Source: Actinomycetota bacterium (GTDB lineage: Bacteria > Actinomycetota > AC-67). From it: 64,000 bases of DNA. Positions 17,234 to 27,146 of the stretch are shown here, piece after piece. Under the pieces are notes generated by a model, which saw nothing but the letters and a program-made list of their open reading frames with translations, made no database searches and was not told the origin of the DNA. Location of the stretch: contig JBKHYG010000021.1 of the NCBI GenBank assembly GCA_046565595.1, positions 1,455 through 65,454 of the forward strand, read 5' to 3'. The stretch's first letter is position 1; each line of letters begins with the position of its first letter. The translations under genes were made by a program, and so were the position numbers.

Positions 17234-18390
17234 CCTCTGGCCAAGGCGCGTCCGATCACGACACGCTGGATCTGATTGGTTCCTTCGACGATCTGCAAGA
17301 CCTTCGCCTCGCGCATGTAGCGCTCGACCGGGAACTCTTCCACATACCCATAGCCTCCGAGGACCTGAACCGCGTCGGTGGTCACCTTCATGCAGGTGTC
17401 CGTCGCGTTCAACTTGGCCATCGCAGCTTGCGGCGAATACGGCTGGCCAGCGTCCCGCCGGGCGGCTGCCGCTCGCACCAACGACCTCGCTCCCTCGATG
17501 GCGGTAGCCATGTCGGCCAGCATGAAACTCAGCCCCTGCTGCTCGATGATCGGACGCCCGAACTGGACCCTCTCGCGCGCATAGGCCACCGCGGTCGTTG
17601 TCGCTTCGCGAGCCAACCCAACCGCACCGCTAGCGATCCCTAGCCGGCCCCCGTCCAAGGCAGCCATCGCGATACGGAACCCTTCGCCTTCTCGTCCGAT
17701 GAGGTGGTCTGCGGGGAGACGCACATCGTCGAAGACCATCTGCGCGGTGGGCGAGGCGTTCATGCCCATCTTGTGTTCCAGTTTGGCGCGCGTCACGCCC
17801 TCGGTATCGGTCGGCACGAACAGGCAACTGATCCCCGTAGCGCCCTCCCCGCCGGTACGGCAGAAGACCACGGCGTAAGCGCTCTCTCCACCGTGGGTAA
17901 CCCAAGCCTTGGTTCCGTTCAACACCCAGGAGTCGCCGTCTCTGCCCGCTCGGGTGGTCATCGCGGCCGCATCAGACCCAGAGCCGGGCTCGCTCAGGCA
18001 GTACGAACCCACCCACTCTCCTGCCGCCGCTCGCGGTACCCATGCGTCCCTCTGATCGTCGGTGCCGAAGGCGATCGTCGGGAACATGGTCAAGACCTGG
18101 ACGCTCACGCCTAGGCCGACCGCGAGCATGGCGGCAGCGAGCTCTTCGATCGCTGCCAGGTAAGAGGTCTGTGAGACTTCGCTGCCGCCCCACCGTTCGG
18201 GATAGGGAAGCGCGAGCAGCCCGGCCTCTCCGAGGGCCGTGAAGGCCTTGCGCGGGAAGACCGCTTCCCGCTCCCAGATGTCCGCTTCAGGGCGGATGAC
18301 TCGGTCTGCTACCTCTCTGGCGAGCCCGGCGACCTCCGCATCCTCGGGCGGATACCCGATGACCGGATCAAGGATGCCTGCGGGTTCCAT
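17230..18390 (-). CDS. acyl-CoA dehydrogenase
   Basis: ACAD fold motifs (YCLSEPGSGSDAAAM, WVLNGTKAWVTHGGES, C-terminal QIVEGTNQIQRVVIGR); start at MEPAG (18390) chosen over the longer ORF. Confidence 0.8.
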   Translation of the reverse strand: MEPAGILDPVIGYPPEDAEVAGLAREVADRVIRPEADIWEREAVFPRKAFTALGEAGLLALPYPERWGGSEVSQTSYLAAIEELAAAMLAVGLGVSVQVLTMFPTIAFGTDDQRDAWVPRAAAGEWVGSYCLSEPGSGSDAAAMTTRAGRDGDSWVLNGTKAWVTHGGESAYAVVFCRTGGEGATGISCLFVPTDTEGVTRAKLEHKMGMNASPTAQMVFDDVRLPADHLIGREGEGFRIAMAALDGGRLGIASGAVGLAREATTTAVAYARERVQFGRPIIEQQGLSFMLADMATAIEGARSLVRAAAARRDAGQPYSPQAAMAKLNATDTCMKVTTDAVQVLGGYGYVEEFPVERYMREAKVLQIVEGTNQIQRVVIGRALARG

Positions 18391-18472
18391 GGGGCGCGAG
18401 GGTAGCAAGCGCAGGCCGGATATGACCTCTACGCTCGGAACCTGTGAGTGAGGTTCCTCGTTGTACAGGTTG

Positions 18473-19036
18473 ATGCCACGCGGGCTCAGGTTCAACCTGC
18501 CAGCAGCCGTCTTCGTCACGGCACTGCTGCTCATGCCTCTCCCCGCGTCGGCTCAGGTCTGCGGCGTGGAAACCCCTGTGGCTTGCCCGACCGGCTCACC
18601 CTCGCCATCCCCCTCGCCTTCACCGAGCAAGAGTCCGTCCCCGAAACCCAGCCCGAAGCCGAGCCCCAAGCCCAGCCCCAGCCCATCGCGATCCTCCTCT
18701 CCCACGCCCACTCGATCCGGCACCCCAAGCAAGAGGCCAACCAGCTCGCCTGCGCCGACCCGGACCGCGACGCTCGAGCCGCAACCAAGCGAGACGACGA
18801 CCCCGCCGGCGTTCCCGCCAGCTAGCCCTCCTGCCCCGCCGTGGGACGGACGCGGCGAGCGAGCGGAACCGGTCACCGACTACACGGCACCGACAGCTAC
18901 CGGATTGGCCCAGACCCCTGGCGAGACCAGCGACCCAGGACCGATGCTCCGGATAGTCGTGATGCTGCTGGGTGCGGTCGGGATCTCGGGAGCGTTGATC
19001 CGCGCGCGGGTCCGCCGCTGGATGATCGGTATCTAG
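18473..19036 (+). CDS. secreted/anchored low-complexity Pro/Ser/Lys-rich repeat protein
   Basis: Signal-peptide-like N-terminus ...LLMPLPASA; SPSPSPSPSKSPSPKPSPKPSPKPSPSPS repeats; C-terminal hydrophobic anchor IVVMLLGAVGISGALI. Confidence 0.45.
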   Translation: MPRGLRFNLPAAVFVTALLLMPLPASAQVCGVETPVACPTGSPSPSPSPSPSKSPSPKPSPKPSPKPSPSPSRSSSPTPTRSGTPSKRPTSSPAPTRTATLEPQPSETTTPPAFPPASPPAPPWDGRGERAEPVTDYTAPTATGLAQTPGETSDPGPMLRIVVMLLGAVGISGALIRARVRRWMIGI

Positions 19037-19827
19037 AGCCACAACGCCAAGGGCGTCTGGTGAACCTCGATCCGTAGTGGGCCTTCGATGCCAACATGCG
19101 CGTCGACCGCCAGGAACACCGGCCCGTCGATCTCGATCAGATCCACCAGATGCGCTTGGAATAGTTCCGGTCCGACGCGGTCGCCCCGCGCGATCTTCCT
19201 CCACACTCCGCCCTCACGGAACCTCCCGGCTCGCATGATGCCGACATCTAGAGCTCCGTCGTAGGGAACGGCCTTTGGTGCGACTCGAGTGTCCAATAGG
19301 AACTGGCCGTTGGAGATCACCATCGAAGCGCCCCGCAGCGAGTGTCGAGACGATCCCGGGTCTTCGCGTCCGGGGCGTCGATCCACCTCGGATAGCACCA
19401 GAGGTGTGTCGTCTCCCTGTTGTTCGACCGTCGCTCCGACGACGAGATGGGCCGATGAGCCACCGCTACCAGTGACCCGCCCAACATCGAGGTTCGCTGA
19501 CAGCAACCGCTGAGGATCCGCCGGGATCGCGTGTCCAGACAGTCCAAAGGTGGCTGCCAGCCCGTTCGGCCCGAGCGGGCGAAGTGCGACCGTCGCCGGT
19601 CGGGCGGAGGCCGCGAATGGGTCATCCAGCCGCGGCGCATCCAACGGTGAGAGGCATTCGCCGTACTCCAACAGGGCCGACACGGCGATGTGTAGGTACG
19701 GATCCTCCCCCCAGATGCCGAACCATCGCTCGCCGTCGTGCAAGGCATCCGCGATCCGATGCGCGAGCTCGTCCGCCGGAACATGCTCGCCCGTCGCAAG
19801 CCGCTCGGCGGTCAGTACCAGGCTCAT
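19033..19827 (-). CDS. diacylglycerol-kinase-catalytic-domain-like protein (possibly degenerate; no GGDGT motif seen)
   Basis: C-terminal DAGK_cat-like block YDGALDVGIMRAG...LIEIDGPVFLAVDAHVG...PLRIEVHQTPLALW and RPLGPNGLAATFGL (PLGTGNDFAR-like); canonical GGDGT not identifiable. Confidence 0.4.
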   Translation of the reverse strand: MSLVLTAERLATGEHVPADELAHRIADALHDGERWFGIWGEDPYLHIAVSALLEYGECLSPLDAPRLDDPFAASARPATVALRPLGPNGLAATFGLSGHAIPADPQRLLSANLDVGRVTGSGGSSAHLVVGATVEQQGDDTPLVLSEVDRRPGREDPGSSRHSLRGASMVISNGQFLLDTRVAPKAVPYDGALDVGIMRAGRFREGGVWRKIARGDRVGPELFQAHLVDLIEIDGPVFLAVDAHVGIEGPLRIEVHQTPLALWL

Positions 19828-22445
19828 CTCTCTAGCTCCAGATCGACCACGCCCCTGCGGAGGAGCTTCGAGGCTTCGTCGGCGACCCTGGCTACCTGCG
19901 GATCGGCTTCGCTGGTCGCCAACTGCCGAAGCAGGTCATCGACCTGCTTCATCCATCGCACGAAGTCCCCCGGCTGAAGTCGCTCATCCAGGATCGAGGT
20001 CTGCAGGTCCTCTCCCCTGGCCCACCAATAGGTAGCAGCGCTCAAGCCATGATCGATGCCGCCCGTCAACTCGACGCGAGCCTCCTCTTCGACCTCCGCG
20101 ATCTCGAGGCTCAGCTTCTTCAGAGAGCGGATCGCATCATGCACATCTTCGGTCGGGGGTGACTCTGGCGGGCCTTGGCCCGGGCGGGTCTCGTACAGCA
20201 CGCTCGACATCACGGCCGCAAGGCTCGGGGCATCGAGTCGCTGAAGGATCCCTCGCCGAAGGGCTTCCATCACCAGTAGATCCGAGCCAGAGTAGATGCG
20301 GGCGAGGTATCGGCCTGCCGGTGTCAACTCATCCTGGTCGTCCACATAGCCGTAGCGTTTCAAGATCCCGACCACGGCGTCGAAGGCTCGCGCCAACGCT
20401 CCGGTTCGGCGACGGACCTGACGACGCAGCTTCTCGACCTCACCTTCCAACAGTTCGACCTGGCGGCACCAGTGTTCGTGCGCACGGCGGTGCTCACAGA
20501 GTTGCACCGGATCCTCGGGGCCTTCAGAGGGTGATCCATCGAGGCTCGGAGTGGCATCCCTGGGAAGCGGCATGGACGCAAGGACCTCACGGAGAGACTC
20601 GAGGAATCCCGGGTCGCGGGGGCCCTTCCTGGGCAGATCGAGCGCACCTATCGGCGTCGGGGGCTCTTGCAGGATCATCGAAGAGAGCCGGCCCTGCTCA
20701 CCGTGCTCGTAGATGCCATAGCAGCGGAACTCCCCCCGTTTGGTGCGGCGCCGATCGGTGACAACGAACCTGTCACCCGAGACCGCGAGCACATCTCCCG
20801 GCTTCGCGTGCGCCAGGACCTGGTCCACCCGACGCTGCCGATCGGTTCTGCGTCGACGCCGCTGCTCTGCCTCGCTCGACTCGCGCTTGCGTTTCTCGGT
20901 CCACCAACCCCACACATCTCCACACTCGCAGACCAGATGCTCCCGATAGGACGCCAGGAACCGTTCCTGGCGAGCCAGACGCGCCTCGGCAGCTCCGATG
21001 TCCTCGTCTGCCAGGAACTGAGCGAAGGATCGGCCGATCGTTTCGGTCGCAGCGGCGCGATCCATGCGTGCCAGCAGATTGACCGCCATGTTGTAAGAGG
21101 GACGGAAGGCCGAGCGCAGCGGGAATGAACTGCCGCTCGCCAGTTCAGCCAACATGCCCACATCGACATCAGGTTGAGAGAGCACGACCCCGTACCCGAT
21201 CGGATCTATGCCTCGGCGACCGGCACGACCGGTCAGCTGGGTGTACTCGCCCACGGTCAGCAGCGCGTGACCCTCGCCGGTGTACTTGGTCACGCGTTCG
21301 ATGACCACGGTACGGGCGGGCATGTTGATCCCTAACGCGAGGGTCTCGGTCGCGTACACGACCTTCAGCAGTGCCTGGGTGAAGAGTTCCTCGACGGTCT
21401 CCTTGAACAGCGGGATCAGGCCAGCGTGGTGAGCGGCGACCCCCGCACGCAGCGCGGTCTGCCATCTCGCTGCTCCCAGCGCCTCTCGGTCGTTCGGACT
21501 GAGTGGTTCGAGGTTGCGGGCAACGATCTCGTCTATGCGTTCACGCTCTTGGCTAGAGGTCAGTTTGATCCCGCGAGCCAGCACCTCTTCGACCGCCGCT
21601 TGGCACCCTGCGCGGCTGAAGACGAAGCAGATCGCGGGCAGCATCTCGTCGGACTTCAGTCGCTCGATCACCTTCGGACGATCCACGCGCTGGCGTGCCG
21701 GACGGCCTCGACGACCGCCTCGGCCGCGGCTCTCCTGGCGTGCGCGCGGCGGGGCCTCATTGGCTCGGCGAGCCTCACGGCTGGGGCCGCGGCCCGCCTC
21801 ATCCAGCAGAGGGAACAGCGCGCCGCCAGCCATGATCTGGTGCTGGATGGGAACGGGCCGCGATGTCTCCAACACCAGGGCCACATCGCCCCGCAGCGCC
21901 CGTAGCCAGGCGGCGAACCTCTCGTGGTTGCTGACCGTCGCAGAAAGTGCAGCTATCCGAACGCGAGGGTCCAGATGGATGATCACCTCTTCCCAGGTGG
22001 CGCCTCGCTCGCGATCACCGAGGTAATGAACCTCATCCAGGACCACCACGCCCAACCCTCTCAGAGCATCGGATCCTTCGTACAGCATGTTGCGAAGCAC
22101 TTCCGTGGTCATGACCACTATCGGCGCATGTCCGCGGATCTGATTGTCGCCGGTGAGCAAGCCCACCTGCTCCGCGCCGTACCTCTCGGAGAGGTCCCGG
22201 AACTTCTGATTGCTGAGCGCCTTCATCGGCGTCGTGTAGAAGGTCCGGGTGGAAGTTTCGACCGCCAACCAGGCGCCGAACTCTCCGATCACCGTCTTGC
22301 CCGAGCCGGTCGGAGCGCAGACCAGCACGCCATCGCCGGTCAGCATCTCGATGCAGGCTTGCTCCTGGAACCTGTCCATCGTGTACGGCAGCGTGGCGGC
22401 GTAAGCCTCTACCAGCGCCGAAGGGTCCGGACCGTCGAGGGTCAC
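19824..22445 (-). CDS. helY: Ski2-like DEAD/DEAH-box helicase HelY
   Basis: 873 aa; helicase motifs CAPTGSGKT, VLDEVHY, ALSATVSN; position next to tatC as in mycobacteria. Confidence 0.85.
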   Translation of the reverse strand: MTLDGPDPSALVEAYAATLPYTMDRFQEQACIEMLTGDGVLVCAPTGSGKTVIGEFGAWLAVETSTRTFYTTPMKALSNQKFRDLSERYGAEQVGLLTGDNQIRGHAPIVVMTTEVLRNMLYEGSDALRGLGVVVLDEVHYLGDRERGATWEEVIIHLDPRVRIAALSATVSNHERFAAWLRALRGDVALVLETSRPVPIQHQIMAGGALFPLLDEAGRGPSREARRANEAPPRARQESRGRGGRRGRPARQRVDRPKVIERLKSDEMLPAICFVFSRAGCQAAVEEVLARGIKLTSSQERERIDEIVARNLEPLSPNDREALGAARWQTALRAGVAAHHAGLIPLFKETVEELFTQALLKVVYATETLALGINMPARTVVIERVTKYTGEGHALLTVGEYTQLTGRAGRRGIDPIGYGVVLSQPDVDVGMLAELASGSSFPLRSAFRPSYNMAVNLLARMDRAAATETIGRSFAQFLADEDIGAAEARLARQERFLASYREHLVCECGDVWGWWTEKRKRESSEAEQRRRRRTDRQRRVDQVLAHAKPGDVLAVSGDRFVVTDRRRTKRGEFRCYGIYEHGEQGRLSSMILQEPPTPIGALDLPRKGPRDPGFLESLREVLASMPLPRDATPSLDGSPSEGPEDPVQLCEHRRAHEHWCRQVELLEGEVEKLRRQVRRRTGALARAFDAVVGILKRYGYVDDQDELTPAGRYLARIYSGSDLLVMEALRRGILQRLDAPSLAAVMSSVLYETRPGQGPPESPPTEDVHDAIRSLKKLSLEIAEVEEEARVELTGGIDHGLSAATYWWARGEDLQTSILDERLQPGDFVRWMKQVDDLLRQLATSEADPQVARVADEASKLLRRGVVDLELER

Positions 22446-23158
22446 TTGCGTAGGACGAATCGGATGAACAACAACGCCCCTTCGTAGAGGAGATAGAGAG
22501 GCACAGCCAGCATGATCTGGGATAGCGGGTCACCAGATGGGGTCGCAACAGCCGCGATGATGAACATCCCCAGGAAGGCCCACCGTCTCTTGCCGCGCAA
22601 GGTGTCGCTGCCGATCATCCCGACGGCGGCTAGGAACACCAGGATCAGCGGGAACTCGAAACTGATGCCGAAGGCGAGGATCATCAGCGTGACGAAGTTG
22701 ATGTAGTCGTTGAACTGCAGCAACGGCGTGAGGCCGGGCTCGACCGCGAAAGCGAGCAGCCAGTTGATGCCAACCGGCAGCAGCACATACGCGATGAAGG
22801 CGCCTAGAGCGAAGAGCAGCACCGACGCAGCTACGAAGCCGACCGCCCAGCGCTTCTCGTTCTTGCGGAGTCCAGGGGTGATGAATCGCCAGATCTGCCA
22901 GAAGATCACCGGCCAGGCGAGCACGAGTCCCGCGAACGCCGACACCTTGATCTTCAGGAAGAACGCGGTGCCGATCCCGCTCACATATAGGTCGTCTACG
23001 ACGACATCGCCGATCCGGCCGCCCTCTTCCAAGGGCAGGCGCAGCAATCCGAGTATCTGGTCGTAGAAGGCGTAGGCCACACAGGCCAAGACGATCCACG
23101 CGATGATCGCGTAGAAGAGGCGCCGCCGGAATTCCTCGAGGTGCTGGACGACGCTCAT
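22442..23158 (-). CDS. tatC: twin-arginine translocase subunit TatC
   Basis: Six-TM TatC; N-term MSVVQHLEEFRRRLFYAII; start at the internal Met chosen over the longer ORF. Confidence 0.85.
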   Translation of the reverse strand: MSVVQHLEEFRRRLFYAIIAWIVLACVAYAFYDQILGLLRLPLEEGGRIGDVVVDDLYVSGIGTAFFLKIKVSAFAGLVLAWPVIFWQIWRFITPGLRKNEKRWAVGFVAASVLLFALGAFIAYVLLPVGINWLLAFAVEPGLTPLLQFNDYINFVTLMILAFGISFEFPLILVFLAAVGMIGSDTLRGKRRWAFLGMFIIAAVATPSGDPLSQIMLAVPLYLLYEGALLFIRFVLRK

Positions 23159-23223
23159 CGTCCCCTCGGGGTCGCGGCGCCGACGCAGTTTGGGCAACGC
23201 CAACGCCATGGGGCTCGGCTAGG

Positions 23224-23418
23224 TCAGTCCTTGGGAGTTTCCGAAGTCTTGGCTTCGTCGTCGTCGGCCTGTGCCTCCTTGGCTGCCGACTTGAACTCCT
23301 TGATCCCCTGCCCGAGGCCGCGACCGATATCCGGAAGCTTCCTCGCGCCGAAGATCACCACGATGACCAGAGCGATCAGGATGCCTTCCTGGGTGCCGAT
23401 AGCTGCGAACGGTGTCAT
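23224..23418 (-). CDS. tatA: twin-arginine translocase subunit TatA
   Basis: 64 aa; LIALVIVVIFGARKLPDIGRGLGQGIKEFKSA. Confidence 0.85.
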   Translation of the reverse strand: MTPFAAIGTQEGILIALVIVVIFGARKLPDIGRGLGQGIKEFKSAAKEAQADDDEAKTSETPKD

Positions 23419-23663
23419 CTGTCCTCCGACTCTTTCGATGCGCCGAGTCGCTCCATACGCTCCTCGACGAGGGCTTTCTCTTCCTTGAGGACCATCGTGG
23501 CTTCCTCTATACGCTCACTGGCCTCCGAGACCGTGGATGCCAGCCCTCTGATGGCCTTCCAGGTCACCAACATCGCTCGGATCGCCACGAGTACCGCGAA
23601 GGCGACCAGGGCCCACAGGAGGACCGAGGCGACCGTCGGGATCGCGGCGAACATGAGGTTCAT
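23415..23663 (-). CDS. hypothetical small membrane protein (N-terminal TM plus charged helical tail)
   Basis: 82 aa; TM segment VASVLLWALVAFAVLVAI; ATGA overlap with tatA. Confidence 0.35.
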   Translation of the reverse strand: MNLMFAAIPTVASVLLWALVAFAVLVAIRAMLVTWKAIRGLASTVSEASERIEEATMVLKEEKALVEERMERLGASKESEDR

Positions 23664-23750
23664 GGTAGTCGCGTAGATGCTGGTCGTGTGAACGGTCGAC
23701 GCCGCCCGCGCTTATGGCGTCAGGCGGCGTCGAGTCCTGGATGGGACGAT

Positions 23751-24074
23751 TCAGGTGGTCGTCCGCAGTAGCTGTTCGAACCAGTCCTCCGTCTGCAGCA
23801 GCAGGCGGAAGTCCAGCAGGTCATCGATCGTGAAGGCTGGTGCGTCGTGATCGGCCCCTTCGCCCGGCAGCTCGAAGATCGAGGCCTGGACGCCACCGGA
23901 GATCAGCAGCTGGACGATGCGATCATCGGCCGGCTTGCGCACATCCTCGTGGCATAGGGGACAGTCGAAGCGATAGAAGCTGGCGGGCGAGTAGGTGCAG
24001 ACCTTCAGTTCGAGGTCCTTCGAGGTGAGCTCGACCTCGCCGCATGTTGGGCAAGTGGCCCTGATGGTGGTCAT
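23751..24074 (-). CDS. hypothetical zinc-ribbon protein
   Basis: Start at MTTIRATCPTCGEV; Cys pairs CPTCG ... CPLCH. Confidence 0.4.
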   Translation of the reverse strand: MTTIRATCPTCGEVELTSKDLELKVCTYSPASFYRFDCPLCHEDVRKPADDRIVQLLISGGVQASIFELPGEGADHDAPAFTIDDLLDFRLLLQTEDWFEQLLRTTT

Positions 24075-24211
24075 CGCACTGTCCTCCCGTTCCGTTGGCT
24101 TCTGTCCGTTGTATCGGCACTTCGGTCTTGCCGACTTGAGCCATTCACACGGGATAACGAGGAACACGACCTGAGGTTTCGCCCCGAACGGCGATAGATG
24201 ATCCTTTCGGG

Positions 24212-25132
24212 CTATCGGTAGTTAGAGAGGGTGGCTCGCAGAACGGCCACGACACGGTCACGCAGGGTTTCGGGCTCGAGGATCTGAACGCCGGGCCCTG
24301 CGTTGACGAGGATCGGGACCAGCCAATCGGTCTCATCGGCGTTCAGCTCGATGCGGAGCGATCCATCCTCCTTCGCTTCGCAAGCCGCGACATGAAGGGA
24401 GTCAGCGATCCAGGCACTCTCGGGACGGCAGGCCAGCACGATGCGCTGTGCCGCCTGGGAGGGTTCGATGTTGAAGCCGGTACGCATGGGAGCCTGGCTC
24501 GCCTTCTCGTCCAAACGCTCCACCTCTCGGATCCGGTCCAGTCGGAAGGTACGCCGTTCGCCGGTCAGGTGATCGAAGGCGTCCAGGTACCAGGCCCGGT
24601 CCTGTACGAACACCCCATACGGGTCGAGGGTCCGGTCCCTCTCCTGATCGCCTGGTTTCCGGTAGACCACGCGCACCTGTACCCCATCGGCCGCAGCGGC
24701 CCGCAGTTGCGGGACCATGCTGGCTCCGGGCAGATCGAGATCGGCTTGAAGGGCGTCTGGATCGACTCCCCTCTTGGTCAGGAACGCGTGGAGCGCTTGC
24801 TTCGCGCCCTCGAGGGCTTCCCGGTGATCTGCGAGCAAGGGCAGGACCATGTCCGCGGCCTGATACGCGGCTGCAGCTTCGGTGACGCTTGGCTGCAAGG
24901 GGACATCGAGCCCCTCATAGGGGATCGCGTGGACGGTGCCGTCGATGATCTGACAGTCCAGGTAATCCAGCGGCGAGAAGGGCGCGACTCCGACCATCAG
25001 CCCATCGTCAAGGGTCTGCTCGAGTTCGTCCTCGGTCAACCCGAACCTGGAGCAGACCTCTTGGACCGGTACCCCATCAGGATGCCGCATCAGCCAGGGC
25101 AGCAGTTGGACGAGGGTACGCAACCGATCCAT
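24212..25132 (-). CDS. pafC: proteasome accessory factor PafC (HTH-WYL regulator)
   Basis: WYL-domain region WYLDAFDHLTGERRTFRLDRI; syntenic with tatA/pafB. Confidence 0.75.
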   Translation of the reverse strand: MDRLRTLVQLLPWLMRHPDGVPVQEVCSRFGLTEDELEQTLDDGLMVGVAPFSPLDYLDCQIIDGTVHAIPYEGLDVPLQPSVTEAAAAYQAADMVLPLLADHREALEGAKQALHAFLTKRGVDPDALQADLDLPGASMVPQLRAAAADGVQVRVVYRKPGDQERDRTLDPYGVFVQDRAWYLDAFDHLTGERRTFRLDRIREVERLDEKASQAPMRTGFNIEPSQAAQRIVLACRPESAWIADSLHVAACEAKEDGSLRIELNADETDWLVPILVNAGPGVQILEPETLRDRVVAVLRATLSNYR

Positions 25133-26067
25133 CAGGCGGCCCCGTGCGCATCTAGGGCGCCGCGCAGATGATCGGTCAGGGCATCGACCAGCGAGCCGGG
25201 CGACAGGACCTTGACCTCGGGACCGAACCCGGCCAGGAACGCCGCGAAACTCTGATCGTGGCCGTATGGCACACGGATGATCAACTCGCCGTCTCGTTCC
25301 TCCACTTCGACACCGAAACGCCTAGCGAGCATCCACGACACCGAGTCGTCAACGGCGATGACAGCTTCTCGATCCGGATCCGCCTCCCAGGGTGCGACCA
25401 CCTCGGTGGCTTGCTCCCCAGGCTCGAACGCCCCGGGCTCCCCTCTCAGTTCGATCTCGCCCAGGATCCTGTTCAACCTGAAATGCCGAACGCCTTCGCG
25501 GTCCAGATCGAAGCCGGTCAGGTAGCGCTCTCCTCGCCAGGTGAGGGTCCATGGTTGAACCAGACGACGGGTTTCTTCCCCTCGCGAATCTCGATAACGG
25601 AACGAGATCTCGGTGCGCGAGATGATCGCTGCCAGCAGGATCTCTCCACGCGCGTCCAGGCCGATGTTGGGCAGCGCCCAACCAGCCGAGCCGATCACAG
25701 GCAGATCAGCAGCAGCCTCGATCACCGCTGCAGCAGGATCGGCTTCGGCCGATCGCATCGCCAGGGACAACGCCACCTTCTGTTCCGGGGTGAGCCTGAG
25801 GTCCCCTCTACTCACCTCACGGGTCAGGCGATACACATCCTCGATCGCGTCGTAGTCGATCTTCACCCGCATGGTCTCGCAGATGACGGATATGTCTCTG
25901 CGGAGCAACCGACGCGCGGCTTCGATGCCTCTGTCGGCATAGCCGTCGACGCCGGCGAAGATGTCCGCTCTAGACGCGGCGCGCTTGCGCCCGAGGAACG
26001 CCGCCAGCGCGAGGATCCTCGTCACCCTCTGGTTTCCGGTCTCAGTCATCACTAGGTTGGCGGCCAT
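25132..26067 (-). CDS. pafB: proteasome accessory factor PafB (HTH-WYL regulator)
   Basis: WYL-type region ISFRYRDSRGEETRRLVQPWTLTWRGERYLTGFDLDREGVRHFRLNRI; start ambiguous (ATG 26067 or 26049). Confidence 0.7.
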   Translation of the reverse strand: MAANLVMTETGNQRVTRILALAAFLGRKRAASRADIFAGVDGYADRGIEAARRLLRRDISVICETMRVKIDYDAIEDVYRLTREVSRGDLRLTPEQKVALSLAMRSAEADPAAAVIEAAADLPVIGSAGWALPNIGLDARGEILLAAIISRTEISFRYRDSRGEETRRLVQPWTLTWRGERYLTGFDLDREGVRHFRLNRILGEIELRGEPGAFEPGEQATEVVAPWEADPDREAVIAVDDSVSWMLARRFGVEVEERDGELIIRVPYGHDQSFAAFLAGFGPEVKVLSPGSLVDALTDHLRGALDAHGAA

Positions 26068-27085
26068 GATAAGAGTGGCCGAGGGGCGGGTCGTCGGATT
26101 GGGCCCCAGGCGTCGCGGCGCCACCCATCTGATAGTGGAACTGGATGGCCGCAACGAACCTGCGGTCGCCTACACCGGGCTGGTCGGAGAGCCGCTCGAG
26201 GGTGACCTGGTCATGTGCAACACGACCGCGGTCGATCTTCGTCTTGGAACAGGCGGTCTGCATCTGGTGGTGTCGATCCTCGGTCGCGAACTGCGCCAGG
26301 GTTCCGACGGGCATGGCATGAAGCTCCGTTACTCCCCTAGCCAGGTGGCCGTCACCTGCGTCGAGGAGACCCATCCCGACGCCTTCTCGTCGGACGACCC
26401 CCTCGACATCCCCGTGATCGTTCTCCCACTGCATTCGCTTCTGGCGCCCGTAGCTGTCACCGCTCAGTCGATCCGCCCGGGCTTGAAGATCGCCTATGTC
26501 ATGAGCGATCAGGGAGCTTTACCCATCGCCTTCAGCTCGTTGGTCAGCCAACTCCTGGACGATGGGACGCTCTCTACGACGGTGACAGCCGGGCAGTCCT
26601 TCGGCGGCCACCATGAGGCTGTCACGGTCGCCAGCGGCCTGATCGCAGCCGAACGCGTCGCCGGAGCCGACCTGGTACTCGTCGGTATGGGGCCTGGCAA
26701 CCTTGGAACCGGGACTCGGTTCGGGTTCGCCGGCCTCGATCTCGCAAACAGCGTCATGCAGTCCTTGGCGGTGGGCGCAGCCCCCGTGGTGTGTGCGCGT
26801 CTCTCGGACGCTGATCCTCGTGATCGACACCGGGGTCTCAGCCACCACCTTCGCACCGCGCTCGAGGTCGCGCCCCCGGGGTGGCGGTTGGCCCTGCCCC
26901 AGATGCCGGCCGGGTTCTCATGGTCGCCGGACCCTCCGCAACCGTACGAGACGGTAGGTACCGAGCCGTTCATGCCGGCCTTGCATGCTCGAAGCGAGCT
27001 GATGCACAGCATGGGACGAGGACTCGCAGACGACCCTTGGTTCTTCAGGGCCGGCGCGGCAGCCGCAGCACTAGCGCTGCGCTGA
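26066..27085 (+). CDS. conserved hypothetical protein (possibly DUF3866-like: NTTAVDLxLGTGG motif)
   Basis: Start MIRVAEGRVVG at 26066; motif VMCNTTAVDLRLGTGGLHLVVS; divergent from pafB with overlapping start codons (CATG at 26065-26068). Confidence 0.45.
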   Translation: MIRVAEGRVVGLGPRRRGATHLIVELDGRNEPAVAYTGLVGEPLEGDLVMCNTTAVDLRLGTGGLHLVVSILGRELRQGSDGHGMKLRYSPSQVAVTCVEETHPDAFSSDDPLDIPVIVLPLHSLLAPVAVTAQSIRPGLKIAYVMSDQGALPIAFSSLVSQLLDDGTLSTTVTAGQSFGGHHEAVTVASGLIAAERVAGADLVLVGMGPGNLGTGTRFGFAGLDLANSVMQSLAVGAAPVVCARLSDADPRDRHRGLSHHLRTALEVAPPGWRLALPQMPAGFSWSPDPPQPYETVGTEPFMPALHARSELMHSMGRGLADDPWFFRAGAAAAALALR

Positions 27086-27146
27086 TCGGGCTCGGTCGGC
27101 TACAGGTTGCGTTCCTGACAGCACGCGAACGGATAGAAGTCACCGG

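Noticed and set aside
23415-23663. Small membrane protein next to tatA as TatB
   Set aside because: It lacks the conserved Gly-Pro hinge/amphipathic helix pattern (FGxxxLPxxxR) seen in the adjacent TatA and in TatB proteins; kept as hypothetical.
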